This document shows, one piece after another, positions 29,201-36,161 of a DNA stretch of 64,000 nt. The notes beneath the pieces were generated by a model. The model made no database searches. It saw nothing but the letters and a program-made list of their open reading frames with translations, and was not told where the DNA came from. Where the stretch lies: the NCBI GenBank assembly GCA_017618215.1, contig JAFZUQ010000001.1:77872-141871 (forward strand), given 5' to 3'. Within the stretch, counting starts at the first letter, position 1. The number at the start of each line of letters is the position of its first letter. Source of the DNA: Elusimicrobiaceae bacterium. GTDB taxonomy: Bacteria > Elusimicrobiota > Elusimicrobia > Elusimicrobiales > Elusimicrobiaceae. The position numbers and the translations under genes are program-made.

Positions 29201-29728
29201 TACACTAAAATTAAATTTCGGCGTAGCAAAGGTTAAGCCTATAACAGTACCGAGTAAAATTGCGATATAGCGGCTTGATTCAAGTAAAGCATTACCATCG
29301 ATAAATTCTGTTTTATTCAAAATTTGCGTCATCAAAGCATATTTAACAGGACCAAAGAAAGCAGATTGTGCCCCCATAATAAATAAAGCACAGAGTGAAA
29401 TCGGTGCAGAATTTAAATAAAACCCGGTGGCGGCTATAATAATAGTAAAAATTTCAGTAAATTTAATTATGCGGGTGATTTTGGCTTTGTCATATTTGTC
29501 GCCTATTTGGCCTGCTAAAATTGAAAAGATAAAAAACGGTAACATATATATACCGATCATCATTAAAACCAATTTTGAACTCTGAACATTTTTTAGTGTT
29601 AATATATTGACGGCGATTAAAGCGGTCAGGGCTGTTCTTATTAAGTTATCATTTATTACCCCCGAAATCTGTGCCCAAAATAAAGCGGCGAAATCTTTAC
29701 GGGTAAGCAAATTTAAAAGTCTTTTCAT
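26297..29728 (-). CDS. aas: fusion protein: MFS lysophospholipid transporter (LplT-like) + PlsC-type acyltransferase + acyl-ACP synthetase (Aas-like)
   Basis: Trimmed to MKRLLNLL (AAGGAG SD). About 430 aa of MFS helices, then an acyltransferase block (..ANNNSFLDP.., VIFPEGR), then an adenylation domain (LFTSGSEGAPKGVVLSH, YGTTE, GWYDTGD). Confidence 0.85.
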   Translation of the reverse strand: MKRLLNLLTRKDFAALFWAQISGVINDNLIRTALTALIAVNILTLKNVQSSKLVLMMIGIYMLPFFIFSILAGQIGDKYDKAKITRIIKFTEIFTIIIAATGFYLNSAPISLCALFIMGAQSAFFGPVKYALMTQILNKTEFIDGNALLESSRYIAILLGTVIGLTFATPKFNFSVIFSIMFIFAIAGYLVTRMFKPLEPLAEGLKITPNIFKSTWKNLSRANQSKKLFLAILAINWFWVVAAILLSQLNSVTNSILNLEPQVYTFLITVFCISVGIGCLACYRLVKAEISIKYVPLTTVGMSISLLLIAFILALIPDFAMPVTLSDFLVSPFGIALTIGIIMLSICGGLYIVPLNAHLQAMLADKFKTRMLATCNFLNAFFMVFAGIMAYALLTLGLGTPAIITVLAAANLIIAIYTCTLLPDYVLRSAAYFFLNSIYKIKLIGMENYSKAEGPTVIVANNNSFLDPLLLAAFLPEDIVFMVDSTIAKRFWVRIFLKYVRHIPVDPTNAIAVKTIIDRVKKGTKVVIFPEGRMSTTSGIMKVYPGPAMVIERSGAQILPIYIQNTQYTRWSYYGRKLRHLPSNLEYIINILPPRKLNISSTLKGRNRRYKAEDAVYELLLEMKVKSYNLNHTIFRCLIEAVDLARRSTRALEDMTRKTVSFGKLLIGSFLLGRKFTMFSKEGEFIGLMLPNVNACALSIFGLMAYGRVPAMINFSAGIKNILLALKVAQIKVLVTSRAFIQKAELDNIIEAIKQTDTKIIYLEDIQKTITLIDKIFALLQSTFPHHTYKMTCRDRNSDNPAVVLFTSGSEGAPKGVVLSHKNLNMNRYQMSSLIQMGLQDKFFNALPMFHSFGLACGLFIPILNGASVFLYPSPLHYKAIPELVYDRNANVFFGTDTFLNAYGKQAHPYDFYNIKYIGIGGEKLKDETFALWTEKFGIRILEAYGTTEASPVVSFNTPMYYRRGTVGKLLPCMQARIEKIEGVKEGGRLFIKGGNVMLGYLKEDKPGVIQPLKDGWYDTGDIVDFDADGFVVMKGRAKRFAKIAGEMVSLTAVEAAMTECWPDIKHAVISKPDAKRGEQLIAYTQKQDADLKVLQQALKDKGFSELWIPKTLRIVEEIPLGGTGKTDYIKLKGEEIKNFGEV

Positions 29729-29828
29729 AAATACTCCTTTGTGGCAAAAGCCTACATAAAACAATTATATAAAATTGGAATAAATTTTACGTGTTTACGT
29801 TCCGCGTTATGTGCTTGTACGCATAAAA

Positions 29829-29957
29829 CGCGCTTGCAAATTTAAGCCCTTTTTTATTTTTCTTTTCCTAGAGTACCGAGATGTCGCTACGCTCCACGTT
29901 CTTCTTGGTACTCGTTGTCAAAGAGAAAATAAAAAATCATCTTAAATTTGCTGCGCG
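29829..29957. repeat. long-hairpin repeat family, copy 3 (further pairing extends to about 29790-29985)
   Basis: CGCGCTTGCAAATTTAAG..TTTTTTATTTTTCTTTT / core TCCTAGAGTACCGAGATGTCGCTACGCTCCACGTTCTTCTTGGTACTCGTTGTC / AAAGAGAAAATAAAAAA..CTTAAATTTGCTGCGCG. Confidence 0.8.
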
Positions 29958-29995
29958 ATGCGAGGGAACGCACGTGCGCTACATTCCATATAACA

Positions 29996-30949
29996 TTATT
30001 TAACCAATAAGGGGGAAACTAAATTTATAAAATACCCTTGCACAATTATTCCGATTAATATTGCAAGGAAAAATGCGGCAAGAAGTTTTATTTTCATTGC
30101 ACCGCGTAGTATAACCGCTTCCGGCAAACTCATGGCTGAAACGGACATTAAAAATGCAAGCACAGTTCCAAGCGGTAAGGGACGTTCAAAAAATATTAAA
30201 GCAATAGGTACAACACCTGCGCAACTGCCGTAAATCGGTGCGCCCAAAATTGCAGCAAGCGGAACGCTGAAAATACCGCCAAAATTAACTGCTTTTACTA
30301 TACTTTCATCAGAAACATAGATATTTAAAACAGCACCTAGTGCAACACCTGCAAGTATCCAAACCCATAAGCGTTTGACTATTTTGGAGCCTTCGTTTAT
30401 GCCGAATTTTAGGCGGTCTATAAAATTTTTATATTCCGGGAAATCGGGTTCTTCATTAGTAAAAGAAGGTTCAAGATATTTTGCAAAACCAAGTTTTTCA
30501 AGTGTCCAACCGGCAATCATACCTGTGGCAATACCACCTATAATATATGCAATAGTTATGGGAAAGCCAAAATATTTCGGCATCAAAACAACTAAATATT
30601 CATTGACGAGGGGGGAAACTGCCAAAAAACAAATTGCCGATGCAAACGGTACGCGCAGTTTGACTAAACTTAAAAATATAGGTACAGATGAACATGAACA
30701 AAAAGGGGTAAAAATTGCAAACATTGCTGCGGCAAAACTGCTTAAAAAGCGGTGTTTGCTTGCAAGATATTTTTCCATGGTTGCTTTGGTAAGGTAAGTA
30801 CGTAAAACGCCGATTGTACTAATTGCAACAAATAAAATAAGAATTATTTTTATGGAATCGCTGATAAACATTACCGCCGCATGCCCCCAAGCTGATGCGG
30901 TATCTATTCCGAGCCAAGTACCCAAAATATAGTGAGTTAAAGCTTGCAT
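29996..30949 (-). CDS. COG0701-type permease
   Basis: 317 aa polytopic protein with the FTPFCSCSSVPIF motif typical of this permease family (recall). Confidence 0.7.
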   Translation of the reverse strand: MQALTHYILGTWLGIDTASAWGHAAVMFISDSIKIILILFVAISTIGVLRTYLTKATMEKYLASKHRFLSSFAAAMFAIFTPFCSCSSVPIFLSLVKLRVPFASAICFLAVSPLVNEYLVVLMPKYFGFPITIAYIIGGIATGMIAGWTLEKLGFAKYLEPSFTNEEPDFPEYKNFIDRLKFGINEGSKIVKRLWVWILAGVALGAVLNIYVSDESIVKAVNFGGIFSVPLAAILGAPIYGSCAGVVPIALIFFERPLPLGTVLAFLMSVSAMSLPEAVILRGAMKIKLLAAFFLAILIGIIVQGYFINLVSPLLVK

Positions 30950-31068
30950 TATTTAGCCTTATGATTTTTCTTTTGGCAATTGCCTTTACCGTCGGCACAA
31001 TGGCAACAGTTATCTTTTGATTTCTTTTTTAAATAGTTATCTAGTTTTTCAAGTAATTTTTCAAACAT
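30949..31068 (-). CDS. Cys-rich small protein, 39 aa (MFEKLLEKLDNYLKKKSKDNCCHCADGKGNCQKKNHKAK)
   Basis: AAGGAG SD about 6 nt upstream. Its stop overlaps the permease start (TAATG), implying translational coupling. Not in the ORF track. Confidence 0.55.
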   Translation of the reverse strand: MFEKLLEKLDNYLKKKSKDNCCHCADGKGNCQKKNHKAK

Positions 31069-31090
31069 AAAAACTCCTTTACTTGAAAAA

Positions 31091-31099
31091 ATTGTACCA
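31091..31099 (-). promoter_or_regulatory. extended -10 promoter (TGGTACAAT) for the Cys-rich ORF and permease
   Basis: Reverse complement of ATTGTACCA. Lies about 23 nt upstream of the ATG at 31068. Confidence 0.45.
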
Positions 31100-31137
31100 T
31101 TTTAGAAGTTCTCAGGCAATTAAAAGAGCGTCAAATT

Positions 31138-31146
31138 TGGTACAAT
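31138..31146 (+). promoter_or_regulatory. extended -10 promoter (TGGTACAAT) for the NifU-like/GGGtGRT operon
   Basis: Same 9-mer as the divergent promoter. Lies 30 nt upstream of the ATG at 31176. Confidence 0.45.
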
Positions 31147-31175
31147 ATACATATATATTCTTAAAAGGAGATACT

Positions 31176-31877
31176 ATGAGTTGCGAAAAATGTACACCCC
31201 ACATTGCAAACATGTGCAGTGTCTGTAAAGGCGCAAAACATCAACCTGCCCCAATCCCTGAAGAAGGCAAATGGGTTTGCGCTAAAGAAATTAAAGATAT
31301 CAGCGGTTTAACGCACGGTATCGGCTGGTGCGCACCACAACAAGGTGCTTGCAAATTAACTTTAAACATCAAAAACGGTGTGATTAAAGAGGCTTTGGTT
31401 GAAACTTTAGGCTGCAGCGGTATGACACACTCCGCCGCCATGGCAGCAGAAATTTTAACCGGCAAAACAATTTTAGAGGCATTAAATTCCGACCTCGTTT
31501 GTGATGCTATTAATACTGCCATGAGGGAACTTTTCCTTCAAATCGTATACGGCCGCTCACAAAGCGCATTTTCAGAAGGCGGTTTGACTATCGGTGCAGG
31601 GCTTGAAGATTTAGGTAAAGGCCTACGCTCCCAAATCGGCACCATGTATGCAACAGAGGCCAAAGGCCCGCGCTACCTTGAAATGGCGGAAGGCTATGTC
31701 CTTGAAGTCGGCCTTGATAAAAATAATGAAATTATCGGCTACAAATTTGTAAACCTTGGCAAAATGATGGACGCCATTAAAAAAGGCGAAGATCCGAAAC
31801 TTGCCTATGAAAAAAATATCAGCAAATACGGGCGCTATGACGAAGCAGTCAAGAAAATTGACCCGAGGAAGGAGTAA
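31176..31877 (+). CDS. NifU/IscU-like scaffold-domain protein with N-terminal Cys cluster
   Basis: Trimmed to MSCEKC (AAGGAG SD). N-terminal CxxC...CxxC, then an IscU-like block GIGWCAP..GACKL..LGCSGMTHSAAMAAEILTGKTILEA. Confidence 0.6.
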   Translation: MSCEKCTPHIANMCSVCKGAKHQPAPIPEEGKWVCAKEIKDISGLTHGIGWCAPQQGACKLTLNIKNGVIKEALVETLGCSGMTHSAAMAAEILTGKTILEALNSDLVCDAINTAMRELFLQIVYGRSQSAFSEGGLTIGAGLEDLGKGLRSQIGTMYATEAKGPRYLEMAEGYVLEVGLDKNNEIIGYKFVNLGKMMDAIKKGEDPKLAYEKNISKYGRYDEAVKKIDPRKE

Positions 31878-31880
31878 ACT

Positions 31881-32876
31881 ATGGTAACTTTTGAAGGTTA
31901 TGAAAGAAGAATTGAAAAAATAAATTCCGTCTTAAAAGAATACGGTATTGCCTCCCTTGAAGAAGCAAAAGAAATCTGCACCAAAAAAGGTGTTGATGTT
32001 GAAGCTATCGTCAAAGGTATTCAACCTATCGCTTTTGAAAATGCCGTTTGGGCTTATACAGTCGGTGCTGCAATTGCAATTAAAAGCGGCGTTAAAACTG
32101 CAGCGGAAGCAGCAGAAAAAATCGGCGTCGGTTTACAAAGTTTTTGTATTCCCGGTTCAGTTGCGGACCAACGCGCCGTCGGTCTCGGCCACGGTAATTT
32201 GGCTGCAATGCTACTGAGGGAAGAAACAAAATGTTTCTGCTTTTTAGCAGGGCATGAAAGTTTTGCCGCCGCAGAAGGCGCAATTGGTATTGCAAAAACC
32301 GCAAATAAAGTTCGCAAAACACCGCTTAGAGTAATTTTAAACGGTCTTGGTAAAGATGCGGCTTATATCATTTCGAGAATCAACGGTTTTACTTCTGTAG
32401 AAACCAAATATGATTACTATACCGGCAAACTTGAAATTGTTTCAGAGAAAGCATTTTCCGACGGTGACCGCGCAAAAGTTAAATGCTACGGCGCTGATGA
32501 TGTAAACGAAGGTGTTGCAATCATGAGGCATGAAGGTGTGGACGTTTCCATTACCGGTAACTCCACAAACCCGACGCGCTTTCAGCACCCTGTTGCCGGC
32601 ACTTATAAAAAATGGGCTGTGGAAAATGGTAAAAAATATTTCTCAGTTGCATCCGGTGGTGGTACAGGCAGAACCTTGCACCCGGACAATATGGCAGCAG
32701 GCCCGGCATCTTATGGTATGACAGACACCATGGGCCGCATGCACAGCGACGCGCAATTTGCAGGTTCATCATCAGTTCCCGCACATGTGGAAATGATGGG
32801 GCTTATCGGTATGGGTAATAACCCGATGGTAGGCGCATCAGTTGCTGTTGCAGTTGCAATTGCCGAAGCAAAATAA
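31881..32876 (+). CDS. GGGtGRT family protein (function unknown)
   Basis: Literal GGGTGRT motif (..SVASGGGTGRTLHPDN..). 331 aa. Starts 3 nt after the NifU-like gene. Confidence 0.65.
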   Translation: MVTFEGYERRIEKINSVLKEYGIASLEEAKEICTKKGVDVEAIVKGIQPIAFENAVWAYTVGAAIAIKSGVKTAAEAAEKIGVGLQSFCIPGSVADQRAVGLGHGNLAAMLLREETKCFCFLAGHESFAAAEGAIGIAKTANKVRKTPLRVILNGLGKDAAYIISRINGFTSVETKYDYYTGKLEIVSEKAFSDGDRAKVKCYGADDVNEGVAIMRHEGVDVSITGNSTNPTRFQHPVAGTYKKWAVENGKKYFSVASGGGTGRTLHPDNMAAGPASYGMTDTMGRMHSDAQFAGSSSVPAHVEMMGLIGMGNNPMVGASVAVAVAIAEAK

Positions 32877-32882
32877 AATAAG
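32850..32882 (+). repeat. direct repeat A (3' coding end of the GGGtGRT gene)
   Basis: GCAGTTGCAATTGCCGAAGCAAAATAAAATAAG recurs at 33778-33810 with 1 mismatch in the first 28 nt. Confidence 0.85.
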
Positions 32883-32896
32883 TAACAATATTAAAA

Positions 32897-32931
32897 CTAA
32901 CCTCTGTTCTAATGGCAGGGGTTAGTTTTTT
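32897..32931 (+). terminator. intrinsic terminator of the GGGtGRT operon
   Basis: 10-bp stem CTAACCTCTG/CAGGGGTTAG followed by TTTTTT. Confidence 0.8.
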
Positions 32932-33023
32932 GTCGTAAAGATATATTAAAAAATAGGTCTTTTGGCCCTTGTGCGGACTTTGGCTTTGTTATAAAATATT
33001 GTTAATATTATGATAAGGAGATA

Positions 33024-33773
33024 ATGATGAAAAAATATATATTGATGATTTTTAGCGCAATTTTGCTTTTTAATTTAGCACAGGCAAAGGATTTCGCTGA
33101 AGAAGTAAATTTGGATAAAGAAAGTATTAAACAAAGTGTCAATCAAGAATTAAAAGACCTTTCCAATGTCCTTACAAAAGAAATTACTGATGCAAACACA
33201 CCTTTTAAAGATGATAGAGTCAGACTAATGTGTAGTGGATGGCCTATCTGTAAAGAATGGGTAAAAATAAAATTTCTGCAAGATTCGAATTTTAAAGTAA
33301 CTGATGCGGAAGTAGAACGTTGGATTAGTAAATGGGAAGATAAAACAGCAACTTGGGAATATAAATTCTATGTTCAAACCGAAGAAAAAGGGCAAACAAA
33401 GGCCTATTTATTCACACGCGGAATTGATGGCCTGTCGTATAATGAGCCTATATTAATTAAAAAATTTCCGGGTCATCCTGTTCCTTATAAACCTTCGGAA
33501 AAAATAGCCTACCCGGAAGAATATATGAGTTCTTGGCCTGGGATGCCGCGATGGAAATATCGCGGTTATGGAACTAAAGTAACAAGCAGCCAATATATTT
33601 ACAAATACGATGAACAAGGTAATGCTCTTTGGGAAAGACGCTTGTATGTAAAAGTGTGGTATTGGTTTTCCATCAAATATTTTTATTTCCGGGCATATCA
33701 AACAAAAGCAGACGCTTTTTATAATTATGAGGAACCTGTGGAGATAAATACTTTCCCTTCACCTGCATTTTAA
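33024..33773 (+). CDS. secreted hypothetical protein (orphan unit)
   Basis: Signal MMKKYILMIFSAILLFNLAQA. AAGGAG SD; the ATG at 33027 is better spaced from it. W/Y/K-rich mature part with no motif I recognise. Confidence 0.7.
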   Translation: MMKKYILMIFSAILLFNLAQAKDFAEEVNLDKESIKQSVNQELKDLSNVLTKEITDANTPFKDDRVRLMCSGWPICKEWVKIKFLQDSNFKVTDAEVERWISKWEDKTATWEYKFYVQTEEKGQTKAYLFTRGIDGLSYNEPILIKKFPGHPVPYKPSEKIAYPEEYMSSWPGMPRWKYRGYGTKVTSSQYIYKYDEQGNALWERRLYVKVWYWFSIKYFYFRAYQTKADAFYNYEEPVEINTFPSPAF

Positions 33774-33777
33774 AATC

Positions 33778-33810
33778 GCAGTAGCAATTGCCGAAGCAAA
33801 ATAAATAAAG
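33778..33810 (+). repeat. direct repeat B (relic copy of the GGGtGRT 3' end)
   Basis: GCAGTAGCAATTGCCGAAGCAAAATAAATAAAG, lying 5 nt after the stop of the 33024 gene. Confidence 0.85.
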
Positions 33811-33825
33811 TATTTTATTTAAAAC

Positions 33826-33859
33826 AAAACTCCCTTGCTAAATCGCTTGGGAGTTTTTT
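33826..33859 (+). terminator. intrinsic terminator after the orphan gene
   Basis: Stem AAAACTCCC/GGGAGTTTT with a T-run. Confidence 0.7.
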
Positions 33860-33964
33860 GTTAGGAGAAAATCCGTTTGATTCCAAACAAACAATTTGTT
33901 GTAAATTAATTTTTTTTGTAAAATATAGCTATAGAAGTATTTATCATAATTAAAAAGTGGGCTT

Positions 33965-34516
33965 ATGCAAAATAAAAATGGGTTTACTCTAATTGAATTG
34001 TTAGTAGTAGTTTTGATCATAGGTATACTTGCAAGTATTGCTTTACCAAAATATCAAATGACAGTTGATAAAGTAAAATATACAAATATGATGCCGTTAA
34101 CAAAAGCAATAGTAGAATCTCAGTTACGTGCTTTAATGAAAACAGATAATCCTTCTTTTGATGATTTAGATATTGACATACCGAACAATTGCAGTAAAGT
34201 TGAGGGCCATAAGTGGGGCATTACTTGTGATGATGGAAAGTGGGGATGTTTAATGAGAAAAAATAGCGGTTCCCCTGTAAAATATTGGACACGTTGTACT
34301 AACGTAAAACTTAATGTTTCCTATTTTTATACCATAGAAATGAATCCTTTTTCAATTGTAAGGCGGTGCTATGCCCATACAACGAATGAGAATGATAAGC
34401 CAAACCGTTTGTGTAAGGTTTTAACGAATAAAACTACGCATGGGTCGGCAGAGGGTATAGCTATGTTTTGGCAACCCACAGGCCCTTGGGTACAATCATA
34501 CGGGTATTCTTTTTAA
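33965..34516 (+). CDS. type IV pilin-like protein (prepilin N-terminal cleavage/methylation domain)
   Basis: MQNKNGFTLIELLVVVLIIGILASIALPKY class III signal. Cys-containing C-terminal globular part. Confidence 0.85.
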   Translation: MQNKNGFTLIELLVVVLIIGILASIALPKYQMTVDKVKYTNMMPLTKAIVESQLRALMKTDNPSFDDLDIDIPNNCSKVEGHKWGITCDDGKWGCLMRKNSGSPVKYWTRCTNVKLNVSYFYTIEMNPFSIVRRCYAHTTNENDKPNRLCKVLTNKTTHGSAEGIAMFWQPTGPWVQSYGYSF

Positions 34517-34577
34517 AATATTTAGTGTTACGTGTTATTACCTCCAAAATTAAAAAGTACGCGACCACTGTAAAATA

Positions 34578-34586
34578 TGCTATAAT
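34578..34586 (+). promoter_or_regulatory. extended -10 promoter (TGCTATAAT) for tRNA-Lys/tRNA-Leu
   Basis: Ends 9 nt before the mature tRNA-Lys 5' end. Confidence 0.55.
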
Positions 34587-34595
34587 ATACACGTT

Positions 34596-34668
34596 GGGCC
34601 ATTAGCTCAGTTGGTAGAGCAGACGCCTCTTAAGCGTAAGGTCGAGAGTTCGAGTCTCTCATGGCCCA
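34596..34668 (+). tRNA. tRNA-Lys (anticodon CUU)
   Basis: Acceptor GGGCCAT/ATGGCCC, anticodon stem GACGC/GCGTA with loop CTCTTAA, T arm GAGAG-TTCGAGT-CTCTC. 73 nt. Confidence 0.9.
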
Positions 34669-34689
34669 TTTTTTACCATTTAAATTGAG

Positions 34690-34771
34690 GGACGGGTGGC
34701 GGAATCGGCAGACGCGTACGCCTTAGGAGCGTATGGAGCAATCCGTGAGGGTTCAAGTCCCTCTCCGTCCA
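34690..34771 (+). tRNA. tRNA-Leu (anticodon UAG), class II
   Basis: Acceptor GGACGGG/TCCGTCC (one G-U), anticodon stem TACGC/GCGTA with loop CTTAGGA, 13-nt variable arm, T arm GAGGG-TTCAAGT-CCCTC. 82 nt. Confidence 0.85.
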
Positions 34772-34789
34772 AAATGCCAGGAGTTTAAA

Positions 34790-36061
34790 ATGTCTTTAGA
34801 CGGAAAACAGAATATTACCACAAAACAAATTTCAAAAGAGGGCTGCACTGTCGTTTTATCGGTTACCGCTGATGCAACTTTAGTCAATGAATGCTTTCAT
34901 AATGCCACATTGCAAGTGCAAAGCCGCGCCCAAATGCAAGGTTTCAGGGCGGGTAAAGTCCCATTAGATTTAGTTAAGAAAAATTTTTCAGGCCATATTA
35001 TTGAACGTGCTTTGGATACCGTTATCCGCCGCGCTTCTTTAGCTGCTTTACAGGAGACCAAATTAAATGCAGTTATGGCTCCTACCGTTACTAAAGCAGA
35101 TTTCAGTTCTTTAAAGGAAAATACTCCTTTTACTTTTGAAATGACAGTGGATATTGCCCCTGAATTTGAACCTAAAGATTATATTGGTATCAAAATTAAC
35201 AAAAAAGATACTACAGTTAAACCCGAAGATATTAAAAATCACATTAACTCTGTTCTTGAAAATAATGCTACCTTGGAAGCTGTAAAAGAAGGCGAAGTTA
35301 TTAATGATAAAAATTATGTAATTGTCAGCTACACGGGCAAGAAAGACGGGAAAGAAGACACAAAATATACCGCAAAAAGTGAAATGATTGATATGTCTAC
35401 CCCGCAAACAATTGCAGGCCTTGCAGATAACTTAAAAGGTATGAAGAAGGGTGAAACAAAAACTTTTGAAATTAAAGAAGAAAATACCTCCGTTGAAATT
35501 ACTGTTACCGTTGAAGAAATTAAAAATAAAGTTCTCCCTACTTTAGACGATAAATTTGCAAAAGACATGGGTTTTGACAATGTTGAAAAACTTGAAGAAC
35601 ATGTAAAAAATTCTTTGGAACATGAAGCAAAACACCGTGCAGACAGGGATGTAACAACCCAAATTGAAGATGCTTTAGTTAAGTCTAATGATTTTGCTTT
35701 GCCGAAATCTTTAGTCGATTATCATACTAGTTTGTCTGTCGAAAACTTTATTCAAAGAATGTTCGGCGGCAGAACCGCAAATATCCCAGAAGAAAACCGC
35801 AAAACTTTCATGCAAAAAATGCGCCCTTCCGTTGAAAAGGATTTAAAAATCGGCTACATTATCCATGCTATTGCTAATAAAGAAAATATTGCTGCGACAG
35901 ACGCTGACTTCAAAGAAGAAATGGATAATGCGTTAAAAAATGCTCCTAAGGAAGCAGAACAAATTAAGAAATTCTTTGAAACACGCAAAGAAGATATTTT
36001 AGCAACAATTAAAGAAAGGAAGGTTTTCACCTTCCTAAAAGAAAAAGCAAATATTGCTTAA
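34790..36061 (+). CDS. tig: trigger factor
   Basis: Trimmed to the ATG at 34790 (AGGAG SD) so it no longer overlaps tRNA-Leu. N-terminal ribosome-binding region ..GFRAGKVP.., with PPIase-like and C-terminal arm regions. Confidence 0.85.
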   Translation: MSLDGKQNITTKQISKEGCTVVLSVTADATLVNECFHNATLQVQSRAQMQGFRAGKVPLDLVKKNFSGHIIERALDTVIRRASLAALQETKLNAVMAPTVTKADFSSLKENTPFTFEMTVDIAPEFEPKDYIGIKINKKDTTVKPEDIKNHINSVLENNATLEAVKEGEVINDKNYVIVSYTGKKDGKEDTKYTAKSEMIDMSTPQTIAGLADNLKGMKKGETKTFEIKEENTSVEITVTVEEIKNKVLPTLDDKFAKDMGFDNVEKLEEHVKNSLEHEAKHRADRDVTTQIEDALVKSNDFALPKSLVDYHTSLSVENFIQRMFGGRTANIPEENRKTFMQKMRPSVEKDLKIGYIIHAIANKENIAATDADFKEEMDNALKNAPKEAEQIKKFFETRKEDILATIKERKVFTFLKEKANIA

Positions 36062-36090
36062 TTTTAATTTAATTCAGTTGCTTATTTTGG

Positions 36091-36125
36091 CCCCCGGATA
36101 AATATATTCGGGGGTGTTTTTTTAT
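36091..36125 (+). terminator. intrinsic terminator of tig
   Basis: Stem CCCCCG/CGGGGG followed by TGTTTTTTT. Confidence 0.75.
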
Positions 36126-36161
36126 TGTATAAATGATATACTTTAGGAAAGGAGAAATTTT

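Noticed and set aside
34733-34789. Upstream start of the trigger factor ORF.
   Set aside because: These codons (MEQSVRVQVPLRP...) are the translation of the 3' half of tRNA-Leu. The ATG at 34790 has an AGGAG SD.
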